A DNA stretch of 61,637 nucleotides, the filler included. It is 7 parts of 7 records of this genome, joined end to end, with 100 filler letters (N's around TTAATTAATTAA, not from the genome) between each part and the next. Parts side by side here need not be neighbours in the genome. Positions count along the whole stretch, not along the records: positions 41,644 to 51,283 come from SRR31156797_15531; positions 51,384 to 56,490 come from SRR31156797_15537; positions 56,591 to 61,637 come from SRR31156797_15541; 4 more parts are not named here. One strand, written 5' to 3'. Both the position numbers and the translations under genes were made by a program. Shown piece after piece: positions 50,040-60,972 of this stretch; position 1 is the first letter of the stretch, and each line of letters starts with the position of its first letter. Below the pieces are notes generated by a model. The model searched no databases. It was not told where the DNA came from and saw only the letters and a list, made by a program, of their open reading frames with translations.

Positions 50040-50187
50040 AATAAAGCCTTTGTAAATAAATTTTTTTGATTATAATCAACTCTTTCTTAAAGAGTATAAG
50101 CTGAAATGACGTTAGTTATTTAATTTAATAATCTTAAATGTAATGATATTTTGTTATACTAAAGAAAATAACACTTACTGGGTTTTT

Positions 50188-51283
50188 ATGGATATTAGGA
50201 AAAAAATCTTTAATGTAAAAGCATCATATATAATCATATTTATCACTTTAGTGATATGGGCTTTTTTTGCATATTTTACTATGAATGAGATCATTAGTTC
50301 TCAAAAAGTGTATGGAAAACTTATCAATGTCAGTGGAAAGCAAAGGATGCTTTCTCAAAAAACAACTTTGATTGCAAAAAGAGTTATTGAGACAAAAGAT
50401 GAGAGTTTGTTAGAGCATCTAAAAGAGCTTGTGAAGAAGATGAAAGAGGATCATCTTTTTTTAACTCAAAACTTTACTTCAAAAGAGGTTTCAGATATCT
50501 ATTTAAAAAAACCATACAATATAGACTTTAAAGTACAAACCTATTTTAATCTTTTAGATAAGTTTTTATCAAATCCAAAGCAACAAACTATTATAAAAAT
50601 TGAACAATACTCTTTTGATCTTTTACCAATTTTGGATCATGCAGTAAATGAGTTTGAAAAAGAGAGTGATGCCAATACAATGGAGCTTAAAAATCGTGAG
50701 TTTTTTATTTTAATTGGGACACTTTTTACACTTATTTTAGAAGCGATATTTATTATGATACCAGCTTTAAAAATAGCACGAGAGTCTGAACAAAGATTAC
50801 TACATTTTAATGAAGAGTTGAGATTTGAAGTTGAAAAGAAAACAAAACAGATACAAAAAGAACATAAACTTAAAAAGTTTTATTTTAATACTATCAATAC
50901 CTTGATATTTGCCTTAGATCTTGATGGTAAGGTAACTATGATCAATAAACGAGGACTAAAGATCTTAGGTCTAGAAGAGAAAGATATTTTAGGAAAAAAT
51001 TTATGTGAAGTGGGGATTATTCCTACGGAAGATATTAATCGGGTAAAAAAGCTTTTTAATCAAATTATTAATAGTGAAATAGATATACAAGAAACACATT
51101 TTGAAAGCAGATTACTTGATCGTGATGGGAACGAAAAAACTTTTACATGGTCAAATGCTGTAATAAAAGAAGAAGATAAAATAGTGGGGCTTTTAAGTTC
51201 AGGAATCGATATCTCCAATGAAAAAAAACAAGAAAATATTATTAAAGAGCAAACAAAATTAGCATCTATGGGAGAGATGATAG
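50188..51283 (+). CDS. NarX/PilJ-type periplasmic sensor + PAS histidine kinase, truncated by the contig end
   Basis: INVSGKQRMLSQK (P-box-like), PAS domain, KLASMGEMI at the contig end. Confidence 0.85.
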
Positions 51284-51383
51284 NNNNNNNNNNNNNNNNN
51301 NNNNNNNNNNNNNNNNNNNNNNNNNNNTTAATTAATTAANNNNNNNNNNNNNNNNNNNNNNNNNNNNNNNNNNNNNNNNNNNN
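51284..51383. other. Artificial contig spacer
   Basis: N44-TTAATTAATTAA-N44. Confidence 0.98.
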
Positions 51384-52570
51384 GTGACCACGTCGGCCGC
51401 GGTCGCCTGCCAGGCGACCATTTCCGGGCTGCATCCCGCGTGGGCTTCTTTTGCCGCACAAGAAGAAGTAGATACGCACCACCCCAGGGTTCCCAAAGAG
51501 CCGTCATGCACGGCGCCGACTGAAATAACGCTGGAAATACAGGCCGGCCAGCCCATGGAATCGCAATAACCGTCGTTGCCCGACGATACGAAAAGAGTCA
51601 TGCCGGCCGCAACAGCATTGTTCGCCGCCGCGGTCATGGCCGCCGTTGCTCCGTCGCATGTGCCAAAAAAGCGGCCCCCGCCGAAACTGGTGCTGATAAT
51701 CATGATCGGATTGGCCGGGTCGTCATTCTGGTGAGTTATGCACCATTCCCATCCCGCAATCATGGCGGAAGTAAGCGCACTGCCCGTACTGCCGTAAGAT
51801 ATCTTAACCGCGTAAAGCTTGGCGTTATAAGCGACTCCGCCTATATAATCGGACGAAGTCGGCAGGTTTCCGGCGGAAATGCCCGCGCAAGCCGTGCCGT
51901 GTCCGTTGTTGTCCATGGGATCGTTGTCGCTGTCGCCGGTGTCGTACCCGCCGATGACCTTGGCATTGGGGAAGCCTCCGCCTCCCAGGTTTGTATGATT
52001 GTAATCTATACCCGTATCGCAAATGGCAATGGACAAACCGGCCCCGTTGTTGGTATTGCGGACAGTCGTCGCATTCATCAGGGGGATGCCCTGGGCTGTA
52101 TGAGCGTGTAGAATTCTGTCTTCTTCAACCGCTAATACATCGGGATGGTTTATTAAATCCTGAAGACCCTGCAGCGTGGAAGAAGCGGAAAAGCCGAATA
52201 CGTATTTGAAACGTCGTTCCACTGCAACGCGTTTTTTATCCATGGCGTCTATGACCGCGTCCAGGGAATATTCGACTGTCTGCCTGAGTTGCTGCTTTTG
52301 GGAGTTGTCGCGAATGTCCGGTGTTTTAAAGTATTTTATCGGCCTGCGCAAGGTGACGATAACCCTGGCGGTCTCCTCGCCTGAAGAATAGGCGTCAAGA
52401 ATCGAATCCGGAGTCAGAATTTTCGAATTCGATTGCATATCCCGTATCATTTGCCTGTCGGCCGAGGTCAGGGTTGCGGCCCCGCCCGGGCCGGGAAAGG
52501 CAAATATGGACAGGGATATTAAAAAAATATATGAAAACAGTCTATTAGTTCCGGGGTTGCGTTTAGACAT
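51384..52570 (-). CDS. Secreted S8 (subtilisin-like) serine peptidase with propeptide, truncated by the contig end
   Basis: Signal peptide, ICDTGID, GHGTACAG, SSGN. Confidence 0.92.
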
Positions 52571-52917
52571 TTTGTAATTTCATACCTCTCCTGATGCTGT
52601 CATCTAGACATTCTAATGGATTTTTAGCGACATGTCAGCGTATATACTCAAAATCAGCCTAATAAATGCACCCGGATCACGATATATTCATAGATAACAA
52701 ACAATTAATGAAATCCATCCTTATAAAAAAAACCGAATAATGCGGCTGAATCCGGTGGCGGCGCCGGAGTAGAAGACAACCGGAAATCCGGGCTTAAACT
52801 TCGACTTATCAAGTGATACGCATGGGATTAAAGAATCGGTCCAACCGAGCGGCTCTCCAGGCATTACGACGCCTCGAGCGAAGTCGGACGTCGCGATCAA
52901 TATTTGTTTTAGTCCGG

Positions 52918-53763
52918 CTAATCTTCAAGACGGGGGTCCAGGGCGTCCCTTAGTCCTTCGCCGAGCAGGTTGTAGCCTAAAACCGTTACCAGGATGGCCA
53001 GGCCGGGATAAAGACTTAACCACCAGGCTATGGAAATTGTATCTTTTCCTTCTGTCAGAATATTTCCCCAGGAAGGAGTAGGCGGTTGCACACCGATTCC
53101 AAGAAAGCTGAGGGCGCTTTCAGTAAGTATGGCGCCGGCCACGCCCAAAGTGGCTGAAACAAGGACCGGGGCCAGGGCATTGGGTAAAATATGGACAAAT
53201 ATAATCCTCATATCGCTCGCGCCCATGGCAACGGCCGCTTGCACGAAATCCCTTTTCTTGAGGGTGAGAAATTCCGCCCTGACCAGCCTGGCCACGCCCA
53301 TCCAGCTTGTCAGGCCGATCACTATCATAATGTTCCAGATTGACGGCTCCAGAAAGGCGATTACAGCCAGGATAAGAAAAAACGCAGGGAAGCAGAGCAT
53401 CAGGTCCACAAAGCGCATGATCAAATTATCCGCCCAGCCTCCGTAATAACCGGCCAGTGAACCGAGCAGAATGCCGATGGTTGTTGATATACCCACGGCG
53501 ACAAAGCCGACTTTCAGGGACACGCCGGCGCCCCAGATCATTCGCGACAGGACGTCGCGTCCCAGGTTGTCCGTCCCGAATGGGTGTTCCTGCGAGGGAG
53601 GGGCCAAAATCAGGGTCAATTGCGGCGTGTTGGGATCGTAAGGCGCCAGTTGGGACGCAAAAATCGAAACGATGAACAAGGCCGCGACTATCAGGCCGCC
53701 TGCCAGGGCGGCCTTGTTTTCCAGCAAGGTTGTTTTTATTTCTCCGGGTTCGCGGGAAAACAT
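52918..53763 (-). CDS. Peptide ABC transporter permease (DppC/OppC-like)
   Basis: HPFGTDNLGRD, LSFLGIG..PP.PSWG, GEGLRDALDP. Confidence 0.95.
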   Translation of the reverse strand: MFSREPGEIKTTLLENKAALAGGLIVAALFIVSIFASQLAPYDPNTPQLTLILAPPSQEHPFGTDNLGRDVLSRMIWGAGVSLKVGFVAVGISTTIGILLGSLAGYYGGWADNLIMRFVDLMLCFPAFFLILAVIAFLEPSIWNIMIVIGLTSWMGVARLVRAEFLTLKKRDFVQAAVAMGASDMRIIFVHILPNALAPVLVSATLGVAGAILTESALSFLGIGVQPPTPSWGNILTEGKDTISIAWWLSLYPGLAILVTVLGYNLLGEGLRDALDPRLED

Positions 53764-54743
53764 TATTTCTGGTCCTCCCGCACCCTGGGATCGGCCAGGG
53801 CGTACCCCACATCCGCCAGCAGGTTCCCGATAAGAGTCAGCACCGCCCCCAGCACCAACCCGCCCATTACCAATGGGTAATCCCGGCTCATGACCGCGGA
53901 ATAAAACAGGCGCCCCATACCGGGAATGGCGAAGATCGATTCAAATATCACGCTGCCGCCTATAAGGCCGGGCACGGATAATCCCAATACCGTAATTAGC
54001 GGCATGAGAGCGTTTCTGAGAGCATGTTTGTAAACAACGACCCGTTCGCTCAGTCCCTTGGCCCTGGCCGTGATGATAAAGTCCTGCCGAACAACTTCGA
54101 GCATGTTTGAACGCATGTATCGGCTCATGCCGGCCAAACCGGCGAAAGCGGAGAGCGTGACCGGGAGTATCAGGTGGGAAACCCGGTCCCATACCTGTCC
54201 CCAAAAAGGAAGTTGCTCGTATCCATGTGATGTTAATTGGGAAATGGGCAGCCAGCCCAGCTTTACTCCAAACAGGATCATTAGCAGCAAGGCCAGCCAA
54301 AACGATGGAGTGGCAAATCCGACAAAGACAAAAATCGTGGTCAACCTGTCAATAATGTTGTTACGGTGCAGGGCCGAATATATGCCGATCGGGATGGCTG
54401 TAAGTAAGATGAGCGCCAAAGACAGCACATTTATTAATATAGTGATGGGCATGGCTTCCAGAATCTTATCAATTACCGGCCGGCGGTCGGGAGTGAACGA
54501 CCGTCCGAAATCCAGGGAGACGAATCTTTTAAGCCAGTTCCAGTACTGAACGTGAAGAGGCTTGTCCAGCCCGTAAAGCTCCCGCAGTCTCTGCTTGGCT
54601 TCCACGCTCGAATCCGGATTGAGCGTGGTCAATTGATCGGTAGGATCCCCCGGCGCCAGGTGTATGACCATAAAAGAGATAATGGTAATGCCTATCAGCA
54701 GAGGAAACATTAATAGGATTCGTCTGATAATGTATTGAAACAT
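53763..54743 (-). CDS. Peptide ABC transporter permease (DppB/OppB-like)
   Basis: APGDP, YGLDKP, TARAKGL, RDYP. Confidence 0.95.
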   Translation of the reverse strand: MFQYIIRRILLMFPLLIGITIISFMVIHLAPGDPTDQLTTLNPDSSVEAKQRLRELYGLDKPLHVQYWNWLKRFVSLDFGRSFTPDRRPVIDKILEAMPITILINVLSLALILLTAIPIGIYSALHRNNIIDRLTTIFVFVGFATPSFWLALLLMILFGVKLGWLPISQLTSHGYEQLPFWGQVWDRVSHLILPVTLSAFAGLAGMSRYMRSNMLEVVRQDFIITARAKGLSERVVVYKHALRNALMPLITVLGLSVPGLIGGSVIFESIFAIPGMGRLFYSAVMSRDYPLVMGGLVLGAVLTLIGNLLADVGYALADPRVREDQK

Positions 54744-54766
54744 TAAAGAAAAGACTCCGGACCTAA

Positions 54767-56401
54767 CTACGGCTTTGTCTCATATTTCTGAAGGCCTTTC
54801 GGCGCGTACCACTTAATGAAGTCGTAGTCGATGCCTGCCGGCGCCGGCTGGATGCCGCGGAACCTGGAGGATACGACCGGCAAGGCGTCAGGATAGTAAA
54901 GGAAGACATAGGGGACTTCTTCATACAGTATTTCCTGGATGCGGTCGTAGGCCGCTTTTCTTTCTTCCTGGTCGAGGGTGAATCTGCCCTTGTCTATAAG
55001 ATCGTCAACTTCCTTGTTTTTAAAGGATATGAAATTAAGCTCTCCTTCCGCGGTTTTGGATGAATGCCAGACATTATAAAGATCCGGATCAATAGGTATG
55101 GTCCAACCCATAATTACTGCTTCGAAATTTTTCTTGTCCAGGAATTCTTTCAAAAATGCAGTCCATTCAATTGTTCTGACCTTGACGCTTATTCCAACTT
55201 CCTTGAGACGCTGTTGAATGATCAATGCGGTTGTTTCCCTGCGTTTATTGCCCAGGTTGGTCATTAAAATAAATTCAAAAGGTTGACCGTCCTTATCAAT
55301 AACACCGTCCTTGTCGGAATCCGTCCAACCTGCTTCGGAAAGAAGCTCCTTGGCCCTGGACTGGTCGAAAGGATAAGGCTTCACATTTTTGTTGGCAGCC
55401 CAATGGTCAGGCTTATATGGTCCATTGGCCGGTGCGCCCAGTCCGAGCAACACGCCCTGAATAATTTCATCCTTGTCAATGGCATAGGCGATGGCCTGCC
55501 GGACCCGCTTGTCCTTGAAACGCTCCTTGAGCAGGTTGAAGCCAAGGTAGGTGTAGCCGAAATCCAGATACTTGAACTTGTTGTAATTGTCTTTAAATTC
55601 CGCGGTTTCTGTCTGGCGTTGATACTGGACCGGCGTCAATTTCATCCAATCAAGCCCCCCGCTTTTCAGTTCTAGAAACATTGTGGCGTTGTCCGGAATG
55701 ATTCTGAGGACTTTCTGCGCTATGTAGGGCTTTCCTCCAAAGTAGTCGGGGTTGGCTTCTATAATGATTTTTTGTCCGGTCAGCCATTCCTTGAACCTGT
55801 AAGGGCCGGTCCCGACAGGATGGCGGGCTAGCGGTGAAGTTGTAATATCTTTACCTTCGAGCAGGTGAGCCGGCACTATATACATGCCCCAGGTTATGAG
55901 GGCCCGGGCGAAAGGGCGGGAATAGGTTACACGGAACGTGTAATCGTCGGGGGTTTCAACTGATTCGATTTGCTTGAATTGCTCGGCGTACGCGGTTGGA
56001 GTCTTCGGATCGACCATGACCCGGTAGGTAAACGCGCAGTCTTTGGAAGTAAAAGGCTTGCCGTCGTGCCATCTGACACCCTGGCGCAAGTGGAATGTTA
56101 TCGTTCGCCCGTCGTCGGAGACGTCCCATTTTTCCGCCAGATCGCCGGTCAGATTAAGATTCTTGTCTATTTTAACCAGGCCGTTGTATACAAGCTGGTT
56201 TAATTCACTGGAAACGGAATCCGATGATATGACCGGCAGGAGATTGGAAGCATCTCCGATGGAACCCTGGATAATAGCGTCCCCGTAAGCCGGGCCGCTG
56301 TCTTTTCCGGAGTTTTTGTCCCCGTCATCCCGGCCGCATCCATGGATGGAAAACAGCATAAAGACGGTCAATATTATGAGATTTTTTACGGCCGGTCGCA
56401 T
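54767..56401 (-). CDS. Peptide ABC transporter substrate-binding lipoprotein (family 5)
   Basis: Lipobox [38 protein letters not shown] before ATG 56401. Confidence 0.93.
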   Translation of the reverse strand: MRPAVKNLIILTVFMLFSIHGCGRDDGDKNSGKDSGPAYGDAIIQGSIGDASNLLPVISSDSVSSELNQLVYNGLVKIDKNLNLTGDLAEKWDVSDDGRTITFHLRQGVRWHDGKPFTSKDCAFTYRVMVDPKTPTAYAEQFKQIESVETPDDYTFRVTYSRPFARALITWGMYIVPAHLLEGKDITTSPLARHPVGTGPYRFKEWLTGQKIIIEANPDYFGGKPYIAQKVLRIIPDNATMFLELKSGGLDWMKLTPVQYQRQTETAEFKDNYNKFKYLDFGYTYLGFNLLKERFKDKRVRQAIAYAIDKDEIIQGVLLGLGAPANGPYKPDHWAANKNVKPYPFDQSRAKELLSEAGWTDSDKDGVIDKDGQPFEFILMTNLGNKRRETTALIIQQRLKEVGISVKVRTIEWTAFLKEFLDKKNFEAVIMGWTIPIDPDLYNVWHSSKTAEGELNFISFKNKEVDDLIDKGRFTLDQEERKAAYDRIQEILYEEVPYVFLYYPDALPVVSSRFRGIQPAPAGIDYDFIKWYAPKGLQKYETKP

Positions 56402-56490
56402 AAGTCGTTGTCCTTTCAACATGTTTAAATAGTGTCTGTCCAGAAATGAAAAGTTTTTTCCAAGTTCGAGGAGAGCGAGAATTTTAACCG

Positions 56491-56590
56491 NNNNNNNNNN
56501 NNNNNNNNNNNNNNNNNNNNNNNNNNNNNNNNNNTTAATTAATTAANNNNNNNNNNNNNNNNNNNNNNNNNNNNNNNNNNNNNNNNNNNN
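56491..56590. other. Artificial contig spacer
   Basis: N44-TTAATTAATTAA-N44. Confidence 0.98.
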
Positions 56591-57678
56591 ATATTCTCAA
56601 CGGCCCGCTCGGTTTCTTTATCCTCGTTTTCCGCCACAGTCCGGATCACCACCTGCTTGGCAGCAGCCCGGGCAATGGCCTTGGCCGTGATCCTCACCCG
56701 CCGGTCTTCAAGATTCTTGACGGCAATGGCCGAAATATCCGATACCAGACCGGCTTTCTTTTCCACCGTCTCCCCGGTTTTGGAGACCATAACCAGCGGC
56801 AGGAAGGGGTCGGGGACGGACGGGGGACCATACCCGGGAAATGCAATGGTCAGAGGGCCGTGGGGGCTGGGAACCGTGATTCGCCTCTCCTCTTTTTCAG
56901 GAACCCTGCCCACAAGTTTGATCCAGACCACCTGGCCCATGGACTCAGTATCCAAGGATTCCGGCGGAATTGTATATCCGGGGGCTGCCGCCCGGGCATC
57001 GGCCAGGCGCCCGGCCTTGGCCGCTACCCGGAAAAGGTCAGCTGTCAGCCCTTGGGGAAGGGCTGTTCCGTAATACCGGCCATATTCCCCATAGGCTTTC
57101 ACAGCCTTCTTGTAATCAATAAAAGCCCCGTCGGGATCATGGTCTGCCTCCCGCAGAATCCCGCTCAGATACCGGCCGAATGCATCTTCCCTGTATACAT
57201 TTTTTTCCTGGTATTTATCATTGAACAGGGCCAGAAGACTATCCAGGCGGCGGCACTCGACCAGGGCCTCTTCCGATAGCCCCTGGTCCAGAAAGGCCAG
57301 GGCCGACATGAGATGAATCATGGCCCTTTCAAAGTCCTCCCCCCCATATGAACTGAGGTATTCATTGGTCAGAAAAGAAACCGCTTCTCTGGACAGGCTC
57401 AGGGTCCAAAGATTCTCCGCCAGGTCTTCAGCCGCCCTGAACTTTTCCTGGGCCGCCCCGAAATTCCGGCAGGCCATATCCACCATGGCCGAATCCAATA
57501 GAAAAAGAAGGGTCCCGTTTTCCCCGTAATCCTCTTCTGCCGCGGCCAGGAGGTCTTCGGCAGCCCGGCAGTCACCGGCAGCAAGCTGGTGATCCAGGGT
57601 CTCATAGGGAACATGACCGGCACACCCGCCCAGGAACAGGGCCGCCACCCCCCAGAAAAATAATAAAATCCGGTTCAC
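56591..57678 (-). CDS. TPR-like lipoprotein (COG3014-like), truncated by the contig end
   Basis: GTG 57678 gives a signal peptide with lipobox LGGC; YGGEDFE, ALVECRR; follows lpoB. Confidence 0.75.
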
Positions 57679-57688
57679 AACAAGCCGA

Positions 57689-58303
57689 TCAGAACCAGAA
57701 TTTCTTTTTTTCCACCAGTTTTTTGATCTTTTTCTCACCCAGCCATACTTTCTTATGGGTAAGGATCTGGATGAGCTCCAGGTTGACCTGGTAATATCTA
57801 ACTTCCTTGCCCTCGATCCGGTCGGAAATGGTATTAATACTGCCCTGAAGCATATAATCCGCACCGATTTCCCGGCCCTCTTCCTTGGCCGTCTCCTCGG
57901 AGGAATGGGAGGCCTGGTCCAGCCGCTCGGCCCGGATCTCCATCCGCTCTCCGCCGGAGGCCACCAGATCCACCTCCCCGGAATTGACCAATGCCCGCTC
58001 CAGGTCCTTTACAAAGGTTTGGGTATTGATATGCTCATCGCTTCTATTCCTCACCGTGCCCACAATCACCGAGGGAGATCTGCCCTGGTTGGCCGACCTG
58101 TGGTTACCCAGCCAGGCCCGGTCCATGACATCCGAGATCATCTCATGGGAGACCAGCCTGGAATCGCTGTCATTCCACCGCCCGCTCAAATCGATGGTCT
58201 CGTCCACCCCTACCCGGTCCACTTTGGTGGTACTGCAGGCGGCAAGCATCAACACCAGCCCTGTCACAATTATCCCGAGACCCGATTTTTTCCATGACTT
58301 CAT
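57689..58303 (-). CDS. lpoB: Penicillin-binding protein activator LpoB-family lipoprotein
   Basis: Lipobox LAAC, DLSGRWNDSD, NRSDEHI, GADYML.G. Confidence 0.82.
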   Translation of the reverse strand: MKSWKKSGLGIIVTGLVLMLAACSTTKVDRVGVDETIDLSGRWNDSDSRLVSHEMISDVMDRAWLGNHRSANQGRSPSVIVGTVRNRSDEHINTQTFVKDLERALVNSGEVDLVASGGERMEIRAERLDQASHSSEETAKEEGREIGADYMLQGSINTISDRIEGKEVRYYQVNLELIQILTHKKVWLGEKKIKKLVEKKKFWF

Positions 58304-58345
58304 ATCCTGACTCCCTTTCTCTTCTTGGTTTCAATTCACGGGACA

Positions 58346-58374
58346 AGCCTACAAAAGGGGGGATTTTTTGTCAA
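58346..58374 (-). promoter_or_regulatory. Sigma70-type promoter of lpoB
   Basis: TTGACA, 17 nt, TAGGCT. Confidence 0.5.
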
Positions 58375-58699
58375 CGCAGGAGACTTCTCAAAATACGATA
58401 AATACAAAGACAAACAAATATTCACTCGGTGATACTTAATTAAAAACTGCTTCACACTTTGATAAAAATTGCGAAATTGAAAGTAATTTTCCTATTGCAT
58501 TCTATACGGAACAACTGTACTTTCAAGCCGATTGTACATAGATTAAATCGAAACAGGTAAAGAATGTCCGATTCTGCCTTCCAGCTCGCTCATCAAAGGA
58601 ATTTCACCTGATAACTCGGTCATTGTTGCCCAAAAAGGAAATTAAACCTCAATTTTAAACGACCCAACGGCAGGAAGGCATTACAAAACACATCACAAA

Positions 58700-59155
58700 A
58701 TGGAACTATTGTCTCTCATACAACGGCCACGGCATTTGGACCAGGTTGCCGACTGGCTCTATTCCGAATGGGGAATGAAAACCCAAGGGAACTTGGAGGC
58801 AGTCCGAAAACGGCTGGAGTCCTTCAAGCGTGTCAACGAAATCCCCATAAACTACATTGCCCTGAACAACGACTGCCTGGTGGGCACCTTTAATATCATG
58901 CCGTCTGATCCCCCGGCCAGACAAGACCTCTCCCCCTGGTTGGGCAGCCTTTATGTCGATCCCCGGTACCGGAATCAGGGTATAGGCAGCTTTCTGGCAA
59001 AATCCGCCGTTTTAATGGCAAAACAATTGGGGTTTAAAAAATTGTATCTGTGCACCCCCTCCCGCCAGGGGATGTATAAGGAACTAGGGTGGCGCCCCAT
59101 AGATCTGGTCTTGTTTCGTCAGGAGCCGGTTACCATAATGGAAACCCTCACCTAA
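58700..59155 (+). CDS. GNAT-family acetyltransferase
   Basis: SPWLGSLYVDPRYRNQGIGS, LYL.T, Y..LGW. Confidence 0.9.
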   Translation: MELLSLIQRPRHLDQVADWLYSEWGMKTQGNLEAVRKRLESFKRVNEIPINYIALNNDCLVGTFNIMPSDPPARQDLSPWLGSLYVDPRYRNQGIGSFLAKSAVLMAKQLGFKKLYLCTPSRQGMYKELGWRPIDLVLFRQEPVTIMETLT

Positions 59156-59214
59156 AAAAACGGAGGGATCCTCAAGGGGCGCTGTTTTAAATTCACGAGA
59201 GCGAATCTTTCACC

Positions 59215-60759
59215 TTATCCCCATCGCACATGCCGGCCAAAGGGGATATTCAACTTCTTCATCCGCTTGCGCAGGGTGGAGGGATGGACCTCCAAGAGCC
59301 GGGCCGCCCCTTTTTCCCCTTCCACCCGCCCATTGCAACGGACAAGGGCCTGGCGGATATGGGCCGAAACCATCTGGTCAAGGGGAATGGCCCTGGCTTC
59401 AGGATCGGGCCCAGTGGGGGGGGGCGGGGCGGAGATCTCCTTGAAAAAAAGGTGACCCTCCCGGTCCAGGATCATGGACCGCTCCACCGCGTTTTCCAGC
59501 TCCCGGACATTGCCCGGCCATTGGTAGGCCATGAGCCCTTCCATGACAGGGTCCGGCACCGAGGGAATCTCGAGCAGTTTCATTTCCCTGGCCTTTTTCA
59601 TAATAAAATGATCCACCAGGGCCGGAATGTCCCGGCACCGTTCCCGCAGGGGGGGGATGGAGATGGGAAAAACCCGGAGACGAAAAAACAGATCCGGGCG
59701 GAACCGGTTCTCCGCCATCATCTGCTCCAGATTCCGGTGGGTGGCGGCAATGACCCTGATATTGACCTTGATGGTTTCACTGCCCCCCACCCGGTCTATT
59801 TCCTTTTCCTGGAGTACCCTGAGCAGGCGGATCTGGGCCTCGGCGCTCAGTTCCCCGATCTCATCCAGAAACAGGGTACCGCCGCGGGCCCGCTCGATCC
59901 GTCCCCGCTTTCTGGCCACGGCCCCGGTAAAGGCCCCTTTTTCATAGCCAAAGAGTTCCGAATCCAGAAGTGCGGCCGGTATGGCCCCGCAGTTCACCCG
60001 GATGAAAGGGCCCTGGCTTCGAAGGGATAGATTGTGGATGGCATTGGCAATCACCTCCTTGCCCGTGCCGGTCTCCCCTAAAAGGAGAACCGGGCTTTCC
60101 AGGGGAGAGACCTGGTGGACCATTTCCATGACCTTTCCCAGTCCCTGGCCCGCCCCGATCACGGTCTCCCCGGCCATCCGGTTCAGCTCGTCCTGGAAAT
60201 ACCGATTGTCGTCGGCCAGAAGCTCCTTTAAGTTTTTCAGTTCCCTGAACCTCAGGGAGTTGGTCAGGGCAATGGCGCAGGGCTTGTCCAAAAGGCTGAG
60301 CAGTTTTACATGGTCCCGGGTAAAGGGAGCATCCCCGTCGTTGAACACGGAAAATATTCCCAGCAGGGTCCGGTCGAGCACCAGGTCAATGACCACGGCA
60401 GAGACCTCCCGGGCCCGGAGCCGGTCGGCCACGGGCCCGGTTATGGGGTCATCCCCCAGACGGTCAATGGAGCGGACCCGGTCCAGGCGGCGCTCCTCAA
60501 TGAGTTTGCGCCCCGGTTCGGACAAGGGAATTTTCAGGGAAACGGCCTCACCTGTTTCCGGGGTGGCCAGGGCCACGGTTTCCACAATGCCCGCATCCCG
60601 GTGGTATACATGAAATCCCATCTGATGGGCCGGCATGAACTGCCGGACATAGACAAGGCAATGGTGAAGGGCCCGCTCTATTTCCAGACTAGAACAAAGA
60701 GTAAGGGTCGCTTCCCTGAAAAAATCATTTTTTTTCATTTGAGCACGGTTTGACGCCAT
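59215..60759 (-). CDS. GAF-domain sigma-54-dependent activator (FhlA/NifA-like)
   Basis: GETGTGKE, GAFTGA, WPGNVREL, HTH; GGAGG RBS before ATG 60759. Confidence 0.93.
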   Translation of the reverse strand: MASNRAQMKKNDFFREATLTLCSSLEIERALHHCLVYVRQFMPAHQMGFHVYHRDAGIVETVALATPETGEAVSLKIPLSEPGRKLIEERRLDRVRSIDRLGDDPITGPVADRLRAREVSAVVIDLVLDRTLLGIFSVFNDGDAPFTRDHVKLLSLLDKPCAIALTNSLRFRELKNLKELLADDNRYFQDELNRMAGETVIGAGQGLGKVMEMVHQVSPLESPVLLLGETGTGKEVIANAIHNLSLRSQGPFIRVNCGAIPAALLDSELFGYEKGAFTGAVARKRGRIERARGGTLFLDEIGELSAEAQIRLLRVLQEKEIDRVGGSETIKVNIRVIAATHRNLEQMMAENRFRPDLFFRLRVFPISIPPLRERCRDIPALVDHFIMKKAREMKLLEIPSVPDPVMEGLMAYQWPGNVRELENAVERSMILDREGHLFFKEISAPPPPTGPDPEARAIPLDQMVSAHIRQALVRCNGRVEGEKGAARLLEVHPSTLRKRMKKLNIPFGRHVRWG

Positions 60760-60773
60760 GGCACCTCCTAAAA

Positions 60774-60844
60774 TTCTGTTCCATGGGACAGAATACCGGA
60801 TATCTGGAAAATAGAACAGAAAAAACTTTTCCATGGAACAGAAA
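60774..60844. promoter_or_regulatory. Candidate upstream activator sequences
   Basis: TTCTGTTCCATGGGACAGAA (60774-60793) and TTTTCCATGGAACAGAA (about 60827-60843), with a partial copy between them. Confidence 0.6.
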
Positions 60845-60903
60845 CCCAACAGCTTCTCCCCTTATCCAGACCGCCTCCCCTGCCAGTCAAGGTGCTGGCG
60901 CTC

Positions 60904-60919
60904 TGGCACAGCTCTTGCT
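60904..60919 (+). promoter_or_regulatory. Sigma-54 (-24/-12) promoter
   Basis: TGGCAC-AGCTC-TTGCT. Confidence 0.88.
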
Positions 60920-60972
60920 CTTATTCTACCCGGTTCCATCCGGATCAACGTTCACCAACCAAGGGAGGTATC

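Noticed and set aside
52600-52917. Possible riboswitch or ncRNA between dppC and the S8 peptidase
   Set aside because: No recognisable aptamer consensus or convincing stems by eye; an Rfam search would be needed
57679-57864. N-terminal extension of the 56539-57864 ORF
   Set aside because: It overlaps lpoB; GTG 57678 gives a proper lipoprotein signal peptide
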